The position numbers were made by a program, and so were the translations under genes. Below, piece after piece: positions 51,801-60,498 of a DNA stretch of 64,000 nucleotides (within the stretch, counting starts at the first letter, position 1; every line of letters starts with the position of its first letter). The notes under the pieces are model-generated. The model made no database searches, was not told the DNA's origin, and saw only the letters and a program-made list of their open reading frames with translations. The DNA is taken from the NCBI GenBank assembly GCA_050633305.1, contig JBOEGF010000005.1:416001-480000 (forward strand), read 5' to 3'. Source of the DNA: Nannocystales bacterium (GTDB lineage: Bacteria; Myxococcota_A; Polyangia; Nannocystales; Nannocystaceae).

Positions 51801-53216
51801 GATCGCGGGGCGTGCCGTGTTCCCCATCGAGCCAATCGGTTCCTTTCCGGTCGCCATCATCGGCGCCAGAATTCGCGCGCGCTCCTCGGTGGTGACGCCA
51901 AACAGCGCCTGTCGGTCGAGCAGCTCGCAGACCGGGGCTTGGATCGAGGCCTGGGCCTCGGGGTGGAGCTGGGCTGGTGCATCCGCGATCGGCACCAAAC
52001 GTGCGTCGAAGCTCGCCCCTGCGTTGCGCCGCGTCACGCTGGCTTCGCGCATGTGTACCTTGCCGGATGCGAGTCGGACGGTGACTCCAGAACCGGCGTG
52101 CAAGGTGCCTTTGGCTTCGACTGCGGACTCGTCGACTTCGAACGCACCGGCCTCCGAGGCGAGGTAGAACGCATCGGCGGTCATGCACCATCGTGCTGGG
52201 CGGAAACCGTTGCGATCGAGGCGTGCTCCGACGCTTTGCCCGTCGCTGAAGGCGAGCAGAGCCGGCCCATCCCAGGGTTCCATCGCGCGGCCCCAGAAAC
52301 GATAGTAGCCCGCAGTTGCGTCGGCCGCGGGCATCATGATCGCGAGGATGTCGTCGATATGCGGGAGGCTGGAGCGGTACTTCAGCGCTTCGACCATTTC
52401 CCCGAGGCTGCCCGAGTCGCTGATCTCGGTGCGCGTGAGGAGTTCGTCTCGACCGAGCCCCGATGCGCGCTCGCGCGAGTGCGCCCAAGAGCGATTCCCC
52501 GCGACGGTGTTGATCTCACCGTTGTGCGCAATGAGCCGGAACGGTTGGGCCTTGTCCCAGGAACTGCGGGTGTTGGTGGAGAAGCGGCGGTGAAACAGTC
52601 CGAAGCGGCTGACAAAGCGAGGGTTGGCCAGGTCGGGGAAGAACTGGTCGAGATCAACGCCTCGGCACAGGGCCTTGTAGACCACGGTCGTGGTGGATAG
52701 GGAGGCGAAGAAGAGGTCTTTCCAGGCGTCGGCGCGTTTGAGCTTGTTGCGGGTGGTCTGTTTCGCTCGGTAGAGCTTCGCGTTGAATGATGCGTCGTTG
52801 CGGGCCGACTCGGGTCGCTGCAACGTCGCTTGCACGATGACCGGACAGCTTGCGCGGGCCTCGGGGCCCAGGACATCGAGGTTCCGCGGGACGTCGCGGT
52901 ACTCCAGTACCGGCATCCCGAGGAACTCGAACGTCGACTCGAAGACGGCGAGTGCGCGTTCGCGCCTCACAGCATCGGGGTTGAGGAAGAGGGTTGCGAG
53001 GGCGATGGTACCGGGTTCGTGTCCGAGCACGGCGAAGGGGATGTCGGTCATGACACCCGCGCCGTCGCTGCTTCGTCCATCGTGGCCCACAGCGCCGCGG
53101 TGCTCGACCCTTCGCAACGCGTGCAGAGTCGAGCGGACGATGGCGTGCGAGCGAACGCGATTGCGGGCAGCGACGAACCCTACGCCGCACGCGGCGTACT
53201 CGGACTTCGGCTCCAT
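48810..53216 (-). CDS. gltB: Glutamate synthase large subunit
   Basis: ACGVGFVA (catalytic Cys), HRGA, RFSTNT, HNGEINT, FAQVTNPP, MSFG, QGAKPGEGG, CIMARICEKNSCPTG, C-terminal GXGXG repeats. Start 53216 or 53228. Confidence 0.97.
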   Translation of the reverse strand: MEPKSEYAACGVGFVAARNRVRSHAIVRSTLHALRRVEHRGAVGHDGRSSDGAGVMTDIPFAVLGHEPGTIALATLFLNPDAVRRERALAVFESTFEFLGMPVLEYRDVPRNLDVLGPEARASCPVIVQATLQRPESARNDASFNAKLYRAKQTTRNKLKRADAWKDLFFASLSTTTVVYKALCRGVDLDQFFPDLANPRFVSRFGLFHRRFSTNTRSSWDKAQPFRLIAHNGEINTVAGNRSWAHSRERASGLGRDELLTRTEISDSGSLGEMVEALKYRSSLPHIDDILAIMMPAADATAGYYRFWGRAMEPWDGPALLAFSDGQSVGARLDRNGFRPARWCMTADAFYLASEAGAFEVDESAVEAKGTLHAGSGVTVRLASGKVHMREASVTRRNAGASFDARLVPIADAPAQLHPEAQASIQAPVCELLDRQALFGVTTEERARILAPMMATGKEPIGSMGNTARPAIFSDQPRSFFDFFVQDFAQVTNPPLDYLREAMVTNLATHLGRRPNIFSPAELIPPTPALELADPILRLEQIEVLRAMSIRLPTGLRTLSTEIATTYAREGGGEALQEALWRIGQSALEAVRSGTSVLLLSDRTASADNPPVPSLLALRSVVTTLNRHGHRLEASVVVEAGDVRTTHALACTIGFGATAVCPRLALEIARFEADGPEAAEAREKQLIDALLGGLLKVMAKMGISVVRSYQSSKLFTPVGLGHALVEDYFGTTCSPIGGLELHQLAAALERAWSWAERGELSAPQPSTYQLKERKGAWQTDDPTFGERHVMTAQRSRLVHDLVRGRLRGRTESEIWERYLHHGDAVAPVNPRDLLALREGNPAVPLDEVEPAPDILRRFGSGAMSFGAINAESQRDIFIAMRSVGARCNSGEGGENPYYFSHGITAVTKQIASGRFGVTAEYLVTGDEIEIKIAQGAKPGEGGQLMGVKVDAQIARARFATAGVSLISPPPMHDIYSIEDLAELIYELKQLSAGTAVCVKLVSGSNVGTIACGVAKAGADVIQISGGDGGTGAASISSMRHAGLPWEFGLLDAHARLVETGLRSRVRLRVDGGLSTPDDIIKAATLGAEEFGFGKGLLIAQGCIMARICEKNSCPTGIATHDPKFKAKYAGTPEHVVAFVTRLAEGVRAHLAALGVRTLQDIIGARQWLCAATRHDRFIVERGLDIGPMLEPIAWRAPRDVPEPSMPDRSREVALTTEALRQLDDNGAALVSRAITNLDRAVGAGLAGALARRAAEVRTSNRVDNKSVALWPKRGAITLELSGSAGQGLAAFAVAGMHVVLHGEANDSVAKSMAGGTLVVRPAPEAPFDPAHNAIIGNGALYGATGGEVWIYGRAGDRFAVRNSGARAVVEGTGLHACEYMTGGEVAVLGPIAANAGAGMTGGLLFLPRDQEHRINTDYVQSAALDEDSQSRLLGLLRDYVNATESETAMQYLAGPEGLRDRFVVVQPR

Positions 53217-53300
53217 GGCGTCGATCATGCGGGGAGCCTGAGCCCACGTCGAGGGGGGAAACATCGGGATCGAAGGCCGACGATTACAATTTTACGAACA

Positions 53301-53335
53301 CACCGTGCCTACGTGTAAATGCATTTACCACGGTG
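53301..53335. promoter_or_regulatory. Palindromic operator-like site in the divergent gltB/amtB intergenic region
   Basis: Perfect 14-bp palindrome GTAAATGCATTTAC (53315-53328) flanked by the inverted pair CACCGTG (53301) / CACGGTG (53329), within an AT-rich patch. Confidence 0.6.
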
Positions 53336-53420
53336 CGATGGCAGAGCTTTTCCTCCGGATGGCCTCGACTCCGGGGAGCTGAGGCCGCCTTGCGTTCGAT
53401 GAACGCCTGCTGAAGCATTG

Positions 53421-54689
53421 ATGCCCATGCAAGCGCCGACGACCGTCGACTCGGGGACGACCGCATGGATGCTGACCTCAACCGCGCTCGTGCTCCTGAT
53501 GGTGCCCGGACTCGCGATGTTCTACGGCGGACTCGTCCGCACGAAGAACGTCCTGGGCACGATGCTCCATAGCTTCGCTGCAATGGCGATCATCGGTGTG
53601 TTCTGGGTGGTCGCCGGCTACGCGATGGCGTTTGGCCCGAATGCGCTCGGTGGCTGGATCGGGTGGGACCCGGACCTGTTGTTCCTCGAGGCCGCAGACA
53701 CGAGGATCATGGATGAGGGCGTCCCGGAGTACGTCTTCGCCATGTTCCAGGGCAAGTTCGCGATCATCACACCTGCGATTATCGCCGGAGCATTTGCCGA
53801 GCGGGTTCGGTTTCGTGGCTACTGCGTCTTCATTCTGCTGTGGGCGGTGTTGGTCTACACACCGTTGTGCCATTGGGTCTGGGCCTCGGACGGGTTCTTG
53901 TTCAATCTCGGCGCTCGCGGTGCCGTGGACTTCGCAGGGGGAACGGTTGTGCATATTTCTGCAGGGGTCGCTGGCCTCGTGGCGGCGCTGTACCTTGGGG
54001 CGCGGCGGGGCTATCCGGGGACCACAATGCCGCCCAACAACCTCGTCATGACCTTGATCGGTGCGGGTCTGCTCTGGGTTGGGTGGTTCGGGTTCAATGC
54101 TGGTAGTGCGATCGCCTCTGACCTTCAGACCGCGCAGGCCCTGACGGCGACGCAGGTTGCGGCGGCGGCTGGTGCGCTCGCATGGATGCTGATCGAAGCG
54201 GCTCATCATGGTCGGGCCACAAGCTTGGGCGTGGCCTCAGGCATCCTGGCCGGTCTCGTGGTGATCACACCGGCCGCTGGGGTGGTCCAGCCCAAGGGCG
54301 CGATTGCGTTGGCGACCCTCGCCTCGGCGGTCAGCTACGGGGCAATCCTGGTGAAGAACCGGTTGCGCTACGACGATACGCTCGACGTTTTTGGGATTCA
54401 CGGCATCTCAGGCATCGTTGGGGCGTTGTTTCTCAGCTTCTTCATCCGCGATTCGTGGATGCTCGAGGCGGCGAGTGCGGCGGGGGGCTCTTGGAGTACC
54501 TTCGAGCAGTTCCTCGTCCAGTTGGCCGGCGTAGGGATGACGCTCGTGTACGCCGGTTTACTCACCTGGGGACTGCTCGCTCTCGTGGAGAAGACCTTCG
54601 GCCTGCGGTTGGACGAGACGTCCGAGATGGCGGGCATGGACCATACGGAACACGGCGAACACGGCTACGGGATGGTCAACGTAGGTTGA
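53421..54689 (+). CDS. amtB: Ammonium transporter
   Basis: DSGTTAW, PGLAMFYGG, FQGKFAIIT, DFAGGTVVH, WFGFNAGS, DDTLDVFGIHG. Confidence 0.97.
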   Translation: MPMQAPTTVDSGTTAWMLTSTALVLLMVPGLAMFYGGLVRTKNVLGTMLHSFAAMAIIGVFWVVAGYAMAFGPNALGGWIGWDPDLLFLEAADTRIMDEGVPEYVFAMFQGKFAIITPAIIAGAFAERVRFRGYCVFILLWAVLVYTPLCHWVWASDGFLFNLGARGAVDFAGGTVVHISAGVAGLVAALYLGARRGYPGTTMPPNNLVMTLIGAGLLWVGWFGFNAGSAIASDLQTAQALTATQVAAAAGALAWMLIEAAHHGRATSLGVASGILAGLVVITPAAGVVQPKGAIALATLASAVSYGAILVKNRLRYDDTLDVFGIHGISGIVGALFLSFFIRDSWMLEAASAAGGSWSTFEQFLVQLAGVGMTLVYAGLLTWGLLALVEKTFGLRLDETSEMAGMDHTEHGEHGYGMVNVG

Positions 54690-54699
54690 GGGCCGACCC

Positions 54700-55044
54700 A
54701 TGAAACTCGTGATCGCAGTGTTTCCACCCGATCGCCTCGACGAGGTGCGCGAGTCTCTTCTCGCGGCGGGCATCGCCCGAATCACCGTGATGCGGTGTTC
54801 CGGCCGAGCCCGTCCCGATGCGTCACCGAAGCTGTTTCGAGGACGCGCCGTGGCGCCGTCGTTGGTGAGCCACGTTCGAGTCGAGGTGGCGTGCAACGAC
54901 GAGTTCGTCGACCCTGCGATCGAAGCGATTGTCAGCGGTGTTCGTCGCGGGGAGGGCCAGGTGGGGGACGGCAAGGTCTTCGTCGTCCCGCTCGAACGGT
55001 GCATCCGGATTCGAACGGGCGAGACGGGACCTGAGGCGGTGTAG
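54700..55044 (+). CDS. P-II family nitrogen regulator (divergent GlnK-like)
   Basis: MKLVIAV...GDGKVFV.P....RIRTGE; begins 10 nt after amtB. Confidence 0.92.
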   Translation: MKLVIAVFPPDRLDEVRESLLAAGIARITVMRCSGRARPDASPKLFRGRAVAPSLVSHVRVEVACNDEFVDPAIEAIVSGVRRGEGQVGDGKVFVVPLERCIRIRTGETGPEAV

Positions 55045-55052
55045 ACTCGGGC

Positions 55053-56075
55053 ATGGCTTCGAAGTGGACCCTGGTCGGAGTCTCCGTCCTCCTGGCCGCA
55101 TGCGGTGTCGAGGATGAGGGGACGGGGGCGGCGTTCGAGCCCGACAGTCTGGGTGGGATGAGTACGGGAGAGGTCGGCGAGGCCGGGACTGCAGGACCGG
55201 GGTCGTCGAGCGGGGGAGTGACCTCCGTTGGTGTGACGTCCTCTGCGTCCTCTGCGTCCTCCGCTGAGGGCACGAGCCTGGGCACGGCTACGGAGACGGG
55301 CGAGCTTGGGAGCAGTTCAACGGGCGTGGACGTGTGTCCGCGGGTACGGGTCGATGTTGGGATGGGGCTGACCCTCAACGTTCGACCGGATCCTTCGACG
55401 ATCAACGCCCCGGTGGGCTCGTTGGCCAACGGAGCGCTCGTCGATGTCCTCGGCGAGGCCACCGGCGAGTCGATCGACGGCGTGGACCTCTGGTACGAGA
55501 TCGAAAACCCGGTCGTTCACGGGTTCGTGTTGTCCTCGCTCGTGGAGTGCACGATGGACGAGCCTCCAGCGCTCGATGGCTTCTATCTTCCGTTGCTCTG
55601 TGGAACGACCGCCGAGGTCACGCAGGGCAACAATGGAGCGCTTAGCCACAATGGAACGTCCGCCTACGCGTTCGACTTTGGGCTCCCCTTGGGCTCCCCT
55701 CTCGTTGCGATTGCGGACGGCGTCGTCACCCATGTGTTTGACGAAACCGGTCCCGGCGACCCTTGTTACAACGGCGGCGGCATGGGCTGCTCGGACTTTG
55801 CCAACTACGTCACCCTGCTCCATGCCGATGGAACCAAGTCGGTCTACATGCACCTGCAGGAGGTCTCGGTGGGCGTTGGGCAGGACGTACCCATTGGGTC
55901 ACAAGTCGGCCTCTCGGGCTCGACGGGGTGGTCGACGGGCCGACACGCACACGTCATGCGCATGGAAGACTGCGGCGGGTACTATTGTCAGTCGGTCCCG
56001 CTCGCGTTCTCGGATGTGGCCGGGGACGGCGTCCCGCTCAGCGACGATATCGTGACCTCGGGCAACTGCCCCTAG
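55053..56075 (+). CDS. M23 family metallopeptidase lipoprotein with an SH3-like domain
   Basis: Lipobox LAAC; LNVRPDPS (SH3b-like); H....YAFDF, YMHL, GSTGWSTGRHAH. Confidence 0.9.
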   Translation: MASKWTLVGVSVLLAACGVEDEGTGAAFEPDSLGGMSTGEVGEAGTAGPGSSSGGVTSVGVTSSASSASSAEGTSLGTATETGELGSSSTGVDVCPRVRVDVGMGLTLNVRPDPSTINAPVGSLANGALVDVLGEATGESIDGVDLWYEIENPVVHGFVLSSLVECTMDEPPALDGFYLPLLCGTTAEVTQGNNGALSHNGTSAYAFDFGLPLGSPLVAIADGVVTHVFDETGPGDPCYNGGGMGCSDFANYVTLLHADGTKSVYMHLQEVSVGVGQDVPIGSQVGLSGSTGWSTGRHAHVMRMEDCGGYYCQSVPLAFSDVAGDGVPLSDDIVTSGNCP

Positions 56076-56102
56076 GGCGGTCGGCCCTCTCTCGCAGCCG
56101 GG

Positions 56103-56897
56103 CTACGCGCCACCTGCCGGGATGAACTTGCGCCGGAACACAAGGCGCGTGGGAGTCGAGGCTGCCGCGGCGAAACGGTAGCGGTCGACACGAAAGTCCT
56201 GAAGCCCTTCGACGCGGTCGACCCGCTCGGTGATCAGGTAGCGGGCCATCGCACCGCGGGCGACCTTGGCCATGAAGCTGATCACCTTTCCGTCGTCGGG
56301 AGTGTTCTTCCAGTCCTCGAAGACACACTCCACGATGGGGCGCGAGAAGTGTCGCGGACGGACGACCTTGAAGTACTCGCCCGAGGCGAGGTTCACGAGC
56401 GTGTCGTCTTGGTGCCCCTCGAGGGCGGTGTCGAGCTGTTGCGCAACACGGTCGCCCCAGAACTCGTAGAGGTTCTTGCCGCGTCGTGTTGGTAGGCGTG
56501 TTCCCATCTCGAGCCGATACGCCTGCATCAGGTCGAGGGGTCGCAGCAATCCATATAGCCCCGACAAGATCCCGAGGTGGCTCTGGGCGTAGTCGAGGTC
56601 CTCTGCGGAGAACTCGCGGGCCCGCAGCCCACGGTAGACGTCTCCGTTGAAAATCAATGCGGCCGGTTGCGCGTTATCGTCCGTGAACGGGAGCTCGAAC
56701 GCCCGGTAGCGATCGTAGTTGAGCTTGGCCAGGTTCGCGGACAGGTTCATGAGCTCGCGAATCTTGGTCTGGCTCAGCCCGCGCGTCGTCTTCATGAGCG
56801 ACTCGGCGTCGGTCATGAGTGCGGGCTGCGTGGTGTCGAGCTTGCGCCCGACGGGAGACAGATCCAGGTTCTTGGCGGGGGAGATGACGGCGAGCAT
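56103..56897 (-). CDS. yaaA: Peroxide stress protein YaaA
   Basis: ISPAKNL, GDVYRGL, ILSGLYGLLRPLD...YRLEMGT, NLASGEY, AKVARG.MAR. Confidence 0.95.
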   Translation of the reverse strand: MLAVISPAKNLDLSPVGRKLDTTQPALMTDAESLMKTTRGLSQTKIRELMNLSANLAKLNYDRYRAFELPFTDDNAQPAALIFNGDVYRGLRAREFSAEDLDYAQSHLGILSGLYGLLRPLDLMQAYRLEMGTRLPTRRGKNLYEFWGDRVAQQLDTALEGHQDDTLVNLASGEYFKVVRPRHFSRPIVECVFEDWKNTPDDGKVISFMAKVARGAMARYLITERVDRVEGLQDFRVDRYRFAAAASTPTRLVFRRKFIPAGGA

Positions 56898-57039
56898 GAC
56901 GACCGGGTCTCGGACTTGTATCCGGTCTGCGCGCGGCTGTGAACAGTTGTCGTCAGGGCTGTCGCCGGGTGACGAGGTTCCTGTTCCACGACCTGGTCGT
57001 TCCCGCGTACGACAGGCGGCCGCCGCCGCTCTGCGCGGG

Positions 57040-58026
57040 TCAGGCGGGGAGTTCGTCTCGAAGCTCGGCGAGCAACTCAAACGAGCGTAGGCGCGCGGAG
57101 TGGTCGTAGAGCATGGATGTCACGATCAGCTCATCTGCGCCGGTCTTCGTGGCAAACGACTGAAGCGCATCGCGTACGGTGGCGGGCGAGCCGATGGCGG
57201 CGGCCGAGAGTACCGAGCTGAGCACGGCATGGGCCTGCGGTGGCAGTTGTTCGTCGAACGTGGGGTTGGGTGCGGGAAGCGTGCTCGGACGACCCAGCCT
57301 GAGGTTGACGAAGGCCTGCTTGAGTGAGGTCGCGAGGAGTCGAGCCTCGTCATCCGTGTCGGCAGCGATGACGTTGTAGCCGAGCATGACGTAGGGCTTG
57401 GCCAGCTGTTTGGAGGGGCGAAACGATTCCCGGTAGACGGTGATCGCCTCCATCATCTGCCCCGGAGCAAAGTGGGAGGCGAACGCGTAGGGCAGGCCGA
57501 GCGCGGCTGCGGTCTGGGCACCGAACAGGCTCGAACCGAGGATCCAGACCGGGACGTCGGCCCCTTTGCCGGGGACGGCTAGGATCGGGCCGCTGCCTTC
57601 GAAGTAGGAGAGGAGCTCCTTGACGTCCTGGGGGAACGCATCGGGATCCGAATGCATGGTCCGACGCAGCGCGCGAGCGGTCGCCCCATCGGATCCCGGG
57701 GCGCGGCCTAGGCCGAGGTCGATACGGCCGGGGTACAACGTCTCGAGCGTGCCAAACTGTTCGGCGACCATCAGCGGCGCGTGGTTGGGGAGCATGATGC
57801 CGCCAGCCCCGACCCGTAACGTCGAGGTGGAGCCGGCGACGTGCCCGATGAGGACGGCCGTCGCAGCGCTGGCAATGCCCGGCATGCCGTGGTGCTCCGC
57901 GAGCCACATGCGGCGGTATCCCAAGCGCTCGACGTGCTGCGCCAACTCCACGGTGTTTTGCAGCGTCGTGGCCACGGAGCCTCCGCGGGTGATGGGGGCC
58001 AAGTCGAGGACGGAGAGCTGCACCAT
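57040..58026 (-). CDS. LLM-class flavin-dependent oxidoreductase (luciferase-like)
   Basis: [44 protein letters not shown]. Confidence 0.95.
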   Translation of the reverse strand: MVQLSVLDLAPITRGGSVATTLQNTVELAQHVERLGYRRMWLAEHHGMPGIASAATAVLIGHVAGSTSTLRVGAGGIMLPNHAPLMVAEQFGTLETLYPGRIDLGLGRAPGSDGATARALRRTMHSDPDAFPQDVKELLSYFEGSGPILAVPGKGADVPVWILGSSLFGAQTAAALGLPYAFASHFAPGQMMEAITVYRESFRPSKQLAKPYVMLGYNVIAADTDDEARLLATSLKQAFVNLRLGRPSTLPAPNPTFDEQLPPQAHAVLSSVLSAAAIGSPATVRDALQSFATKTGADELIVTSMLYDHSARLRSFELLAELRDELPA

Positions 58027-58088
58027 GACGACCGAAGGACGATACCGCGGGGGCGCCCGTTACGGCCCGCCGTGCCCGCTTGGCCCGT

Positions 58089-58658
58089 TCAGCCCGCGTT
58101 CGCGGCGTCCATGAGGACGGCCCGCAGTGACTCGGGTTCCGCCGGTCGCTCCCCGCCCAACCCATCGAGGATCGCGCTACGCGTGATCGCGGGCGCTTCG
58201 GTCAGGGCTCGGATGAACTCGGCTCGGTGCGCCTGCCGCTGTGGAGCGTCGAGAGGTTCGAGGAACTCGAGCACGGACTCCGGGGACAGTCGCTCGAGCA
58301 GGTCGGGAAGCGAGGCTACAACCCAATCTCCGAAGTTTTCGGGGCCCACATCCCACAGCGTCGTGGCAGGCGGCCCGTCGGGCGTTCCAAAGGTGTCGAG
58401 CCGCGCCTCGAAGTGCTCGCGGTCGGATGGACCGTCGGTCTCCCGCTCGCCAGAGCGCAGGCTTTGGAGGAGCGCCTCGGCCTCCGCGACCACGGAACGC
58501 GGCACCAGCAGTTGCGAGGTCCGAAGCTCGTCCCCCGCGAAGGTCGGCTCCATGTAGCGCACCTTGTAGCGGATCACGTAGGGGATCCCGTGGGCGCGAA
58601 ATGCCGTTTCGGCCAACTCCACCTCGATGAAGGTCAGGGCCGAGTAGACCACGACCAT
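58089..58658 (-). CDS. Hypothetical protein with a DUF2007-like N-terminus
   Basis: MVVVYSA...EVELAE..FRAHGIP...QLLVP...AEAEALL pattern. Start ATG 58658 or 58727. Confidence 0.65.
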   Translation of the reverse strand: MVVVYSALTFIEVELAETAFRAHGIPYVIRYKVRYMEPTFAGDELRTSQLLVPRSVVAEAEALLQSLRSGERETDGPSDREHFEARLDTFGTPDGPPATTLWDVGPENFGDWVVASLPDLLERLSPESVLEFLEPLDAPQRQAHRAEFIRALTEAPAITRSAILDGLGGERPAEPESLRAVLMDAANAG

Positions 58659-58782
58659 CTCCACTTCGCGCTTGACCGGTTGGTTGTCGGGCACCACGAA
58701 GGCGTACCCGCGCGACACCGTCGGCATTCCCCCTCGATTGCGGCGGGGGCGCTGTTGCCGACGATACGTGCGGGATGAACGG

Positions 58783-59418
58783 CTACTTATTCGGTTGCGG
58801 GGTCGTCCGCAGGTACGGCTTGACCTCGGTCACGCCCTTGGGGAACTGCTTCTTCGCGTCTTCGGTGGTGATCGATGGCACCACGATGCAGTCGTCGCCG
58901 TCCTTCCAGTTCACCGGCGTCGCCACTTTGTGGTCGGCGGTGAGCTGGAGGGAGTCGATCACCCGAAGGATCTCGTCGAAGTTACGACCGGTGCTGGCGG
59001 GATAGGTCAGCGTCAGTTTGACCTTCTTGTCGGGCCCGATGATGAACACAGACCGCACCGTGAGGGTGTTGTCCGCGTTGGGGTGAATCATGTCGTACAG
59101 GTTGGCGACGGTGCGCTCGGGGTCGGCGAGCAACGGGTAGTTGAGGGCTGCGCCTTGCGTCTCCTCGATGTCGCTCTTCCACTTGTTGTGGTCTTCGACG
59201 GTGTCGACGGAAAGCCCGACCGCCTTCACGTTGCGTTTGTCGAACTCAGGCTTGAGCTTGGCCACCATGCCCAGCTCGGTCGTGCACACGGGCGTGAAGT
59301 CTTTCGGGTGCGAGAAGAGAATCCCCCACGAGTTACCGAGCCATTCGTGGAACTTGATCGTGCCCTCCGTGCTGGGGGCTTCGAAATCGGGTGCGGTGTC
59401 TCCGAGACGGACTGCCAT
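58783..59418 (-). CDS. 1-Cys peroxiredoxin (Prx6 subfamily)
   Basis: FSHPKDFTPVCTTE, TVRSVFII, YPASTGRNFDEILR, ATPVNW. Confidence 0.97.
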   Translation of the reverse strand: MAVRLGDTAPDFEAPSTEGTIKFHEWLGNSWGILFSHPKDFTPVCTTELGMVAKLKPEFDKRNVKAVGLSVDTVEDHNKWKSDIEETQGAALNYPLLADPERTVANLYDMIHPNADNTLTVRSVFIIGPDKKVKLTLTYPASTGRNFDEILRVIDSLQLTADHKVATPVNWKDGDDCIVVPSITTEDAKKQFPKGVTEVKPYLRTTPQPNK

Positions 59419-59501
59419 GGTCCGGAAACTACCGCTTTTCGCTGCGGGGCTGACCGTGGGTGGCGCCCAAAGATCAACACGGCCCCGGGCCGGACAAAGT
59501 C

Positions 59502-59966
59502 TCAGGGGCCGATCGGCAACAAGACTTGTGTTTTCCAGTCGGCCCGGTCGGGAACCTCTCCCGGATCGGTCAAGTAGACCTCCCATGGGGGTCCGCTGGC
59601 GCTCGTGCCGTGCTCGCCGACCCAAGCCTGCAGAGCCGCGTGCGCCGCACCAAGGCCATCGTAGGGGCCGGTGTGGATCGTGGAGGCCGCTGGACCGGCA
59701 GGGAGCTCGCCGAGCTGGATGTCGCCCTTGGCCGCGGCGCCCGGGGCGACTGGAAGGCCTGCTTCGAGCGCGATCTCGTCCGCGGTGAACTCCAGGTAGC
59801 GGACGAAGGGAGGACCGACGAGTGTGGCGCCGGACTCCGTGGCATAGCCGAAGACCTTGGGCAACAGCTGGCCGAGCAGCGCTGCGATCTCGGTCTTCGA
59901 GACGCGGCCGCTGCAGAACAGGATGGGTTGGGCGTCGAGGGTGGTGCGGACGATGTCGTAGCTCAT
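59502..59966 (-). CDS. GyrI-like small-molecule-binding domain protein
   Basis: GPPFVRY, HTGPYDGL..AH..L..W, WEVYLTDP. Start overlaps the AraC stop (ATGA). Confidence 0.9.
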   Translation of the reverse strand: MSYDIVRTTLDAQPILFCSGRVSKTEIAALLGQLLPKVFGYATESGATLVGPPFVRYLEFTADEIALEAGLPVAPGAAAKGDIQLGELPAGPAASTIHTGPYDGLGAAHAALQAWVGEHGTSASGPPWEVYLTDPGEVPDRADWKTQVLLPIGP

Positions 59967-60400
59967 GAGTGGTCTTCGGAGGTGTCGGGGGTGGACATGC
60001 GATACAGGCCGATGCACGGCCCAACGTGGCGGACGACGCTCGCGTGACGGTCGAGCGCGGCCGGAGAGAGGTGCGCATGTATGCGTCGAAAATCGCGAGG
60101 AGAGACGCCCATCAGTGAGCGAAACGCACGGGTGAACCCTTCGTGGCTTTCGAACCCGGCTCCGAGCGCGATGTCCAAGACGGTTGTGTCACCACACTCG
60201 AGCAGCATGGCGGCCGCTTCGAGTCGAAGTCGTGTGTCGTAGCGCTTGGGGGACTCACCGACCAGCTTGGCGAACGTTCTCTGGAAGTGGGTCGGGGAGC
60301 GCTCGGCGCTTTCGGCGAGTTCGGCGAGCGACGTCGGACGGCCGCGGTCGGAGGCGATGGCGTGGATCATGGGGAGCAACCCCTCGAGCGTCACGGCCAC
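59963..60400 (-). CDS. AraC-family helix-turn-helix protein (DNA-binding domain only)
   Basis: SLAELA....SPTHFQRTF...GESP, RLEAAAMLL, IALGAGFESHEGFTRAFR..MGVSP. Confidence 0.9.
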   Translation of the reverse strand: MAVTLEGLLPMIHAIASDRGRPTSLAELAESAERSPTHFQRTFAKLVGESPKRYDTRLRLEAAAMLLECGDTTVLDIALGAGFESHEGFTRAFRSLMGVSPRDFRRIHAHLSPAALDRHASVVRHVGPCIGLYRMSTPDTSEDHS

Positions 60401-60498
60401 GGAGCGACCCTACCAGCCGTGCATCGGCGGTTCTTGACCAAACTTGCGATCTCGGCGGACAGCAGACCGCAACAGCCTTCCGCGATACTCTCAGCCTC

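Noticed and set aside
53339..53353. TGGCAGAGCTTTTCC as a sigma54 promoter for amtB
   Set aside because: The -24 element fits, but the essential -12 GC reads CC.
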